From Klebsormidium nitens (lineage: Eukaryota > Plantae > Klebsormidiophyceae), in NCBI GenBank assembly GCA_000708835.1, contig DF237214.1, positions 54,629 to 118,628 of the forward strand: a stretch of 64,000 nt of DNA, in the 5' to 3' direction. Made by a program: the position numbers and the translations under genes. This document shows positions 1-10,299 of this stretch, piece by piece (position 1 is the first letter of the stretch; each line of letters begins with the position of its first letter). Under the pieces are notes generated by a model. That model was not told the origin of the DNA. It saw only the letters and a list, made by a program, of their open reading frames with translations, and did not search any database.

Positions 1-3000
1 TCTCCCCCACTGCGGCCTCCTCCGGCTTCTCTTCCGGGTGGGCAGTCGGGACCGCCACCCACTTCCTCTTCTTCCCCCCTGTTGGACTCGCTTTCTCAAC
101 CTCCTGCATAAGCGCCTCTAGCTCCGCCCGTATTGAGTATTTCACTAAGGGGGGGTCGTACTCGACGATCCGCTCGTGGGGGGTCGGAACGAACTGGTCC
201 AGGACCCCCCGGTCCTGGATGGTGCACACCCGGGCGTCGAGCTTTACTTCCAAGCTCCGTAGCTTGTATGCGCAATCCTCCTGAGAGGAGACACCTGGCG
301 ATGGACGAAACAAGGATTGAGATAAGTTGGAATGATTTTCCGCTGATTGGAACCGGGAAAGAAGAACAGATTTAGCGAGCCCGTATGGAGACAATGAAAG
401 CCCACTTTTCCAAAGGCCCTTTCGCGTTTCGTGCCTTCTCAAAACCTTTATTGATCCTTACAAAAAGTGATACACGAAGTCTCAAATCCAAACTAGCAAA
501 CTGCATTTCTCATTTTGAAGCTCGCGTTTCCGGGCGTTAGCATGCGAACATGCGAAACCGTATCCTACTTGCGATACTCGAGGGGGAGTCGACTCGGATT
601 GCCTCATTATGACGTTGACAAGGGCTTGTCCGCACCAAGACTATTTCGAAACTTACGGTCTATCTCTTCTTCGACACAGATTGCAAAACAGCGAAATAGA
701 CAGCGGGATTTCAAGGGTCAGGCCGTCATTGATATCATACCATCGTGTAAACAATACAAACTGCTCACCCTTGAGGTTGACGGGCGATGCCGTCATCCCG
801 AAGATGGCGGGTCGCTGGTCGGGCGGCGCAGGATGGTACGCCTCCTCCATGATAAGGCTGTACGGATGCTTCTTGACGGCGTGGTGACACTCGTCGAGAA
901 TGAGCAGGCCGACTGCGCTCATCTTGAGAAAACTGTGGCGCAGGATGTTCAGGAAGATCTGGGCCGTCATGACCAGAACCTGCGGTTATGCGGTGAATCT
1001 GAATGTTAGTGATAGGAACTTTCTTGTGGCAAGAAGGACAAGCTGAGAGAGTTGCCCCACTTGTCGAGAACTAATAGGCTGACTGCGCTCATCTTGAGGA
1101 AGCTGTGGCGCGGGATGTTCAGGAAGATCTGGGCCGTCATCACTAACCCTGCAAAGAGATGCGGCGGTTCAATGCTAGAAAGTCTCTCGAACAGAGGGAG
1201 GATCTGCTGAATAAGTGTAGGCACTCGTCCAGGATTAGCAGGCCGGCTGACGATTGTCTTGAACGGACTTTGGGGCAGAAGGTTTAGGAAGAACTGGGCC
1301 GTCATTACTAGCACCTGCAAAGAAGGGCGGTGATGTTACGGTTTGGTGCTACATGGTCTCCTGGCAGCAAAAAAACGAGGTGGCGCCACGCGTTCAGGAT
1401 CCGGGCCGTCATCACCAGCAAATCGTAAGAGATGCTGTGGATCCCACGTGCAAGTTCTACGAAGGACTTTTGTTCCGAGAGACAACCTGGTTATCAAATG
1501 GCGGCTCTACTTACCCAAGAATCCATGTGAGTGACACAGATAGAAGTAAAGGTGGTTGCAGACGACGGGAATTATCTAAAGGCACACGAGTTCGACACAC
1601 TTGCAGCATTCTTGCAGGCTGTGAAGCTGGCCTACTAAAGAAAACTTATTTGTGCTAGAAGCTGTCTGACCCACTTCGTTGTAACAATGCCCCCTTGGTT
1701 CTGTGATGAGAGATGCTCGCTCTGACAGACCAACTGCTCTTAAAAGATGGTGACAAGATCTAAACCTTTAGGTCACCTGGCCCACAGCCAATAACCAAGA
1801 AGGTCTTGAACTAACCCACCTCGTTCTCTTCGAATTCCTTAAGCCACGTGGCCTGGTCCCAAAAGTCGACGCCCATCTCCCCACAGTAGTGCCCCACCTT
1901 GAGCCCCGTGTTCACACGCACCACATCGGATTGCTGCAGAGGACATATTGAGAGGTGACATGAATATTTGGTTCTGCCACCTCCCCTCCTTCCAGGACAC
2001 TAGAGGCAGCCACAACGTCCAGCATGAGAAGGGTTTCTCATACTTTGGCTGCTTGCGAGCAGAATTGGATACTCCATTTACTCTTCTATTACGGTATCCC
2101 GTCGGCAAATTGATTTCATGTCCCACAGTGTGTACCTTAAAGACGTAATCACGGCGCTTCCTTCTCACGACATCAGCCTTGAATGCCAAGCAGTTGGGTG
2201 AATCTGTGTCCACATAAACGTTTGAGTGACAATACGATTCAGGCTGTAGCTATCACCCTGTGTCCCCAGGCTTACCACCTTCCACCGACAGTGACTCATT
2301 CTAGTTCAAGCCCTAATAACCTTTGGCACTATGCTCACCTGATACACGAGCGGAATCTTGGGGACCAGAAACACCGACAGTTTCTTCTTGCCTTGCTGCC
2401 TGAACTCCTCTGCCTTCTCCTTGATCAGCATAACCTGCAGTGGTGGTAGCAAGCGGCTGACGGCTGTTTGACCGAACTTCGACTGATACTTGAAGTCAGA
2501 AAAGAGGTGCCAATAATTTGAAGCAAGTAGTTTACTTCACATTGTGAGGTGCTTCAATTGGGGTCCTGTACTTGTTAAAGGCATTCGCATTGATATAATT
2601 ATCCTCCACGGACTGCCTTGACTTCTTAGACTTTCTGTGAACGTTTCATTCCGCCACCTCACAACTAAAGTTGGGGGTTGGTCTTTGGAATGTGGGAAGA
2701 ACGTTGGCCCCCAGAACGTTCGCTTGATCTATGATAAGATATCTTGCATAACCTGCGGGCCTCGTTTGTCTAGAGAGCAAAATCCCCGAAATCTGGGGCT
2801 GAAAGCGACAGATAAGACAGACAGGAGGCAGAGGAAGTGAAGGAGCAGGCGACGATCACTATATTTGTGATTTCTGTAGCACTATGTTGAGGGTGCTTTT
2901 TGTTGCTGACACAAGAATTTTCTATAGGGAACTGTGTGAATCAAAGCCTGCTAGGATCTGAGTCGCTCAGTTGAGCTTTGTTTCTGAAGGCGACCACTGT

Positions 3001-4226
3001 TAGAAGCACTCTACATCGCACCGGACTTGTCAAGTAGATGCAAACCAAGAGCTGTTGGGGTAGAGTGTTGTCATGGGAAAAAAATGAATTGAACGACTGT
3101 CACCAATAGAAAAGATTGGAGGAAAAGTATGACTGACCGCAATCAACGTCTTGCCGCTCCCCGTTTCAAGGAATGCAATCGTGTTCTCCTTCCTCGCCTG
3201 CGCCAGCACCTCCAGCTGATAGCTCCGCGCCACCTCACTTAGCGGCCGAGTGCCTTCCTCAGAATCAGTGCTCCGCTCAGACCCAACGTCCCCTGCCGGG
3301 GCACCCATTTCTATATCGGAGCCCTTCTCCTCCGAAAGAGGAACGTTGTCTGGGAGTGATACATCAGAGTCAGAGCGTTGAGTTTCTCCCAAATCCTCGT
3401 CTGAGACTGCGGCCGGCGAAGCAGACTGCAACTTTTGTTTGACAGGGTCCGCTGCTGGAGTAGTTGGGGCGCCGGTGCTGTCTCTTACAGCCACACCTAG
3501 TCGCTCAGGACTGCCCAAGTTCATCTCTAAACCCCCGTCCCCTTGCCCTTCTCCACGGCCCGCCGGGGCATCAAACTCAAACGACGAGCGCATTCCTTCC
3601 CCCTGATCCACCTGCATTCTGCTTGCACTTCCCACCACACTAAACCTTCCCGCCTCTTGGCCGCCACTTGGTCTATCTTCTATTCTGTCGGCGCCCCTCA
3701 TGCCACCCAGATCTTCCTCGTTCTGCAACTTTTCATTGTCCTCCGGAAGATCTGACGGTGCGCCTGGTGACCCGAACCCTGGCGCCGCCGCGCTCCCATC
3801 CCCACTGTTACCAGCCACAGGAGATTTAGTCGGCCAGATCCTTGCAGGCGAGGTATCCTGCAGCTCTTTGGAAGTTTCATTTCCTGGGTCCGCATTCAAG
3901 CTTGCACCTACTTCCAGCGAAACTCCCTTCCGAACGCTCCCGTCACTGCTTGCATCCATCGTTCGATTCTGTTGGCTCCTTCCCCCAGATATGAAGGCAG
4001 CTCTCCCAAAACCCTCCGCTCTATGGGGGTTGGATTTCACTTGCACCGGCCCCCCCAAATGCACCTCAGTTCCGTCGCCAGCAAAAGGATGGACCCGGCC
4101 CCCCGGCCGCCTCGCCGTTCCTTTCGCAGGCACCCCTTTCTCCGAAGGGAGCCTCACTTCACGATCGCTGAGCCCATTGGAACTGGCGCCCGCTGAGTCA
4201 CCGCTCGGGCGCGCACTTCCACCCAT
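1..4226 (-). CDS. DCL1: Dicer-like RNase III helicase, DCL1 type; 5' part only, gene runs off the window start. Exons (-): ~4226-3138, 2434-2339, 1933-1820, 979-769, 294-<1
   Basis: Spliced translation gives AFLETGSGKTLIAV (Walker A), LVPKIPLVYQ, VGHYCGEMGVDFWD, VLVMTAQIFLNILRH, LLILDECHHAVKKHPY (DECH box) and GMTASPVNLKGVSSQEDC, closely matching plant DCL1 helicase motifs. All junctions are GT-AG with consistent phases. The start codon is uncertain: the first in-frame ATG is at 4226 and the ORF is open to 4349. Confidence 0.92.
980..1420 (-). repeat. Three degenerate intronic copies of the acceptor plus 5' end of DCL exon 979-769
   Basis: ATGACGGCCC core recurs at ~1400, ~1300 and ~1135. 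TTGCAG acceptors precede the copies starting at 1314 and 1148. Confidence 0.9.
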
Positions 4227-5339
4227 AGCTGCAGCAATGCGCGCACGGCATTCTTCACACTTCAGAGCCCGCCATTGCTTTGATGCTACTAGAATCCGAC
4301 CCCAGGTGCCCTGGGCCTTGAATGAGAAGAAGACCAGAAGTGGCAACAAGGAACCTCAAGATCGCCATTCTGCACTGCAGAGGGAAAGTGCAATGCCGCA
4401 TATGGCGCCATCTTGTGCAGGTTGATTGATGAGTCAGAAGCGAACTAGGCTTCGCCGCTTCGGTTGTTTGTGCTCAAACCTGATTGGGTGGCGATGACGT
4501 ACGGTCCAGATACGAACTGGTGCCGAGAACAATGATTCGCTGTCGGTAGCACCGTTTCGATCCCGAGTGCCCGGCGGGTAGCCTCCGAGAGCCTCTCAAA
4601 ATGGCGGACAAAAGCAGGCTAGCTTAACTATATTTAACTAAGGGCACGCTGACGCGGGATTCCTGGAACCAAATCACTAACCAGATTGTATGACATACCA
4701 CGTGACCCGGAGGTACTCGGGACGGATTGACTTTGAAGTGGAACACTCCGCCGGCATCTAAACCTGACGCCGTAAAATGAGGGCAATCGGGCCAATCAGA
4801 GGGCTTTCCGACAAGAGATTTTGTCGTACACGCAACCAACCTTTGCCGTCGGATTGGAAAGGAGGTTCACCATCGTACGCTTGCGCATAAGGGGAGTACA
4901 TTCGTCACAGCACCAACGCCGTGCAGATTCAGCACATGGCGGCCCAGCTGTGGCTACGCGAACATCATTTTGAAGAGCTAGGGTAGCATCATTCAGCCGA
5001 AGCCTATTCGAGCAAGGCATTGAACGTCTGAACAACGTAGTGGTATCCCTACATACAAGGAGTCTCGACACGTTATTCAGTAGAGCTTTTACAAGTCACA
5101 TTGCCTTATTGAAATGATCCATAATCCTGCACAAGGTTCACGAGCATAGTTTTGCTACGGTTTGCAGCCCTCGTGTCCAATCCAACGGTGCATTGACCCG
5201 TCATAGCAGAATCTAGAGAACCGAGTTACAAATATAGCAACATTTACGGAATATAAGTTACAGACTTTCACTCACATGACTGTGCAGCAAATTGTATTTG
5301 GGAATCATTACTCTACACCATAGTACACAGCCCCTAAGA

Positions 5340-8300
5340 TCAGTTATGACGTCGCAGATATGCTTCGTAAGCCTCGTCTTGCTGCCTTTGGCACTCTTCC
5401 TCAAACTCTTCCTCAGATTCGTCCTGCCAAAGGCATTTGGCTGTAGAAGTCTCCCCCTCGTCCGCCTTTCCAGGCACATGGTCCTTTTGGGCAGCCACTG
5501 AGGGACGCCGGCGGTCCTTCAAGAACCAGCTTGCCACGGATTCTGCACACGAAAAATGAAGTTAGAAGTCGGCCCAGTCTAGCTTCCTGTCTTCGATCCG
5601 GCCAAGGAAAGAAGTTCGACGAAGTCGGTGGTAGGCAACCAAACATTCGCATCCTCTAGTTGCTCACAATAGGTATAATTCAGGACTTGTTCGGAACAAT
5701 AAATTGCATCAAGTGGTGTTATCGCCTGAAGTTGACTGGCATGCCGGCATTACAGATGCAAAAAATCATTATGTTGCTGAACGTCAACTGATTCACCAAT
5801 TTCGACGGCTAAAACGAAGTTTGCAAATTCGTGAAAGGTAACTCGTATGGACATATAACAAGACGTCTTCGAACCGAGCTGGTTTCAAAATGTCTCTTCA
5901 ATTTAGCAATAGTAAACCCTAGAGCAATAGTAAGCTCCGACACTAACACTAAAAACCTAACCTACAAAAACACCCGCTCCGCACCCGAACCCACCCTAAC
6001 CCCCAAACTAACCCTTTCCGTCCCAGGCTGGTGAGCTTACTATTGCTAAAGCTTACTATTGCTAAATTGAAGATTCTTGTTTCAAACAGGGGGCGCGGAT
6101 GGTGGCCCCTTTGACGAGCGACAGAGAGCCAGAAAGAAACGCTCCTATTCGGCCGACTCGACAAAGCGCACTTTTTACCCACTGCTCCACGAAGAATCTA
6201 CTGGTCCAATAGAGATTTGTCGGGCCAAGCACAAATCTCACTTCACCACGATCGGCAGGCCTCTCTCTTTGCGAAGAAAGTGAATATTCAGAACGCATGT
6301 GCACTGGTACGCAAGGTTGAGTTGCAGGAAAGGTCCCCACCTGACGAGACTTGCGGAAACGAGAGCTGCCCCTCGGCCGGCTCTTCCGTGGTTGGCTTCA
6401 GAAGACCGCACTTTGTACAAAAGACATGTGGGTAGCTGTCCTCGTAGCTTTTGTACTCCTGAACATCAGGTAAAACCGGAGTTATAAAGGAGATCGTTCT
6501 TTGACAATAGGTTTAGTAAGCTCAAGTTTTAGTGCTGGGACGGGTACGGTTAGTTTGGTGGTTAACGTGGGTACGGGTGCGAAGCGAGTGACTATTTAGG
6601 TTTAGGATTTTTGGTGTTAGTTACCTTCTTACTTAAACTTGAGCTTACTAAACCTATTTTAGAGAAGTATGTCAAGGAGGTTATTCGTCGCGTCCCCACA
6701 CCAACTGCCTAGGTGACTTCTCTTACAACCCGTTCCTTCGGTCTCGACCGCTTTCTAAGTAGCACAAGGTGCACTGTGTTCACAACGCACCTTTCGTCAG
6801 TTGACTGAGACCAAGGGTTGCGAGAGCCCAAAAACCATGGGACACTTTTTCCTCAGGAAACAAAATAATCGAAGGAGGGGCGCATGAAGGTCGCTTGCTT
6901 AGAAGAGGTAAGAGATCCACTGCGTGACCAGAAGTGATCCCAAACTCTCACAGCGATGTCAACCTTCTACGATTTCCATTTTGAGCGATTCAGCTGTGCG
7001 GACTTTTTGAAAGGCGGAGGCAGCGCTTGCGAAGTAATAGAAACCGCACGGAATGAACGCGAGGCCCTTTTCCTCAGCTAAGTTCCAAAGAGAGCGACAC
7101 CCTAACCTGAGCTGACGTTGACGGTTGAGAATAGACACGCGACTCACCCCCGTTCGAGATTCAAAAGGACGCTTATCCTTGAAACACTTCTTGCACAGCG
7201 GAAGATATTTGGGCGCGCTCCCATCGACGTGCGGGAGCCCCTCTCCGTCGTTCTCGCACTTGCAGAATTGAGCGGGAAGACACGTGCCGCACACAAAGCC
7301 GCGATTACACGTGTCGCCAGTGCAGCGGCGGCGCTCCGCCAGCTTGGACTCGTCGTCGCATATCGGACAGAGACCCACGCTGCAGTTCGAGCACATGAAG
7401 GCCCTGGCGAAAGAGAGAGAGAATCTGTATTAAGTATCGAGGAACTTTTCGCCTTCGACAAGGAGGGACGAGAGCTTTTCAAGTTACACAATGTTCCCGT
7501 CCTGCATCGAGAAAGCGGCAAGGACGTCGGGGCATTTTGGTGAGTCGATTATAGATGGTTTCAGAGGACGGAGACCTTGCCATCTAAAGGCTCGAGCCAA
7601 ACCCTGTGGTTACCACTAAGAAACAGTCTATTCCATCTGTGCTGTGTGAGAGTCCCGTCAACGGAAAAAACGTCGAGAAGAGCGGCTTTTGAATGTGACA
7701 ATTGCGTAGCGTCACAGAACACAGGAGCACCGTGATCAAGCCTGGATAGTGGCGAACGGAACCAGTCAACCGTCAAAAGGACGCTCATCAATGAAGCTTG
7801 TTAGCAAATAACGTCCAGTGAGGTAGTCACTTGTTGCTGTCGCAGCTTCAACATCAAACGCTACCTATATTTGCACACAAGAAACCCGGAGGTGCCAGGT
7901 GGCATTCTAGAAGGAAGCTAGAGATCCAGAAAGGCAGCTGCTCCAAAGCGCATGCTCCTTCCATTGAAAGGCGAACCTTGCGGATCAGAAACTTAAGGTG
8001 GAGTTGCCTGGTTTTGTAGACAAGAAGCTCGCTTCTTCTTCAGGTATTGTAAAAATGCCGGGACGAGGACGTGCCAGCTAGGGTCTGTCAGATTACCTGT
8101 CCTCATGAGCCTCGAAGCACTTGTCGCAAAACTGGTGGCCGCACTTGAAATGAGCATCGACCGAGTCGCCCTCCAATTCGCACAGGAACTTCTTGCACCG
8201 GTCGCAATCGAAGGTGACCTGCACGGAAAGACATTCAGAAATCAGGATTGGCGCATTTTGATACGCACAAAGACCAAACAAAGCTCCTATTGTTGAATGC

Positions 8301-10299
8301 ACCTGAACTTACGGTGGTTCTGCAGGGGCAGGGAATCGAAGGTTTTCGGATAAGAGCAGCAACTATATATTTTCAACCCTTTCCACCCGATCTGCGGTTG
8401 ACTTCTTTAGACCAAAGCTGCCTTGGTGCTTTCAAAGTAATCCAGTCAATCATGGCGGCATTGCAAACCTGCTTGACAAACCCATACCAATAAGTCCTGT
8501 ATAATACTTTCTTCAAAGCAATAAGGTCGCCGCATTTCAACACAAAGCTCAAGAAACCAGCTCGCAGGAACGATGACAAGCAGCAAGCAGCTTACCCCCC
8601 ACTTGTCCGGCTGCCGCAGTTCTCGCACGAGTCGGTTGCCTCTGCTTCCTCACACTCTGCGCACATCTCGATCTCATTCTCCACGAGTTTCCACACGAGT
8701 GGCATCGACATGAAGTAGCGCTGGAGCTTGGGGAGCGTGCATTCCTTGAAGGAGACCCCCGCGATCTTCAACCTCCAAAGCCGCCACCTTGCTGCATATA
8801 AAGTAGAGCCTTGATAAACAACAATCCGGGCAGCTATGGGGATCTAGCAGCATCAATTACTTGGTGAAAGAATTCCCGAGACCGAGCTGAACCGGCTTTC
8901 AGTTACTGTGAAAGTCAGAGCTCGTGTCAGTGCTTGGTGTATCCTCGAAGTGCAAAAAAGTGGTTCAAGAAGGCACAAAGCATCCGGTGACCATGTATCA
9001 ACGATCTTCTGCCGCATCGCAACCAACTTTCGCAACCTCCAGTGAATGCTTTAGCGATACGTACAAACAAGTAAATGTTTGCAAAAAAACATGGGTAATC
9101 CTGCAAGATCACCTCATGACAAGTTGCCTGCTTCCGAGAGGGGACCACATGCAAAATGGCTTTCCTTTGAAATACAGGGACAAGGAACAAACAAGGTAAG
9201 GTTAAGCTGCAAGGAAGCATACACCCAGGAGCTCTACAGGATGAGCGTTTAACCATCTGCGGGCCCTCAAAATTCCCTCCGAGTCAGAAGCAAGTCCCAG
9301 GAAAATATAGTAGGATTCGTTCCTATCCCTTCAGCCCTAACTATTTCCGCCTTACCCGCCAAATATGTCAAGCGATTGCTCACCTGAACCAAGCCCCGCA
9401 GCGTCTGGCAGGTTCATGATGGTGGGAGGCTGGTCATCGGAAAACGCAAACGCGGCGTCCCGCGCGATGCTCGGCTGCTGCGGCTGCGTGGAAGACCACC
9501 CTATAAACTGATCAAACCACAGCGGCCGCCGGCCCGGTGGGAGCTCCTCTGCTGCCAAAACCTTGTGCCACAGGTCCGAAACGTCGTCCAACACGTTTGC
9601 TTCTTCGCCCGAAGGCTTTGCATCGCTGGCCACCTCGACGCTCATTGGCTGGAAGCGCTTCCTGTTCCAGGGCCTCCGTCGGCGGACTTCTTCCAGGCCC
9701 GAGCCATCCGAGCTGGTGTCTGAGTCGAAAAGGCCGCCGCGCTCGGACGGTGTGTCCGAGTCGTAGTCCCCAAGGGACGGCGTCTTCCAGCCATCCGAGT
9801 CATCGTCCCGCTCGTCGTTTGCTATCTGCCGCTGATAAAGCTCGCCCCTGTGCAACGCCATCAGCATTCTGCAGAGAAGCTTGAGGCCGCGCCACGAGAT
9901 CGTGCAGCAGTTTCTGAGGGAAATTTCCTCTGGCACCTCCCTGAGAGACAAGATTACTTGGCGCATACTCATGTCTGTCAATCTGTGACACTCGCTGAGG
10001 TCCAGAACCGAAGGGCCCAAGGGACTCATCCTCTTCAAAGCCTGCTTCAGCTTCTCGTCGCTGAAAGCAGGGGCCAGGCATTCTGGGACGATGAGCTTCC
10101 TGCATTGTGCGAGTTCCTCTGTAGCGGCTATCCTCCAGTCCCTGGAGACTGCACTGGTAGCTGCAACAAAGAAAAGATCGCCACCAAGATGTGGTAGAAT
10201 CAGCGGCAGCGCTGCTGCAGGCAGGTCTGTATAACTTTCCTGCTCCTTGTTCACTTTACCGAAGCCTGCGCTGGAGTCATGCTTTGTTGAGTCCTGCAT
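5340..10299 (-). CDS. F-box protein with LRR-like repeats and Cys-rich C-terminal region (SKIP14/SKIP28-like). Exons (-): 10299-9384, 8791-8596, 8319-8313, 8218-8097, 7403-7148, 6458-6341, 5542-5340
   Basis: F-box-like YTDLPAAALPLILPHL..VSRDWR; LRR-like LDLSECHRLTD and ISLRNCCTISW; EIEMCAEC followed by many CxxC pairs (CDRCKKFLC, CGHQFCDKC, CSNC..CPIC, FCTKC). All seven exons join in frame via GT-AG sites to the stop at 5340. Family assignment is from motif recall. Confidence 0.75.
5895..6073. mobile_element. MITE-like element, ~180 bp
   Basis: Perfect 21-bp terminal inverted repeat TCTTCAATTTAGCAATAGTAA (5895-5915) / TTACTATTGCTAAATTGAAGA (6053-6073), plus subterminal GCAATAGTAAGCTC / GAGCTTACTATTGC. 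No ORF. No TSD identified. Confidence 0.7.
6506..6658. mobile_element. Second MITE-like element of the same family, opposite orientation
   Basis: Perfect 24-bp inverted repeat AATAGGTTTAGTAAGCTCAAGTTT (6506-6529) / 6635-6658. The reverse complement of its interior aligns with the interior of the 5895-6073 element (cgcacccg.accca..taacc.ccaaactaacc...ccgtccca). Confidence 0.7.

Noticed and set aside
196-217. 9-bp hairpin TCCAGGACC-cccc-GGTCCTGGA inside the DCL exon
   Set aside because: A short GC-rich stem within coding sequence is expected by chance.
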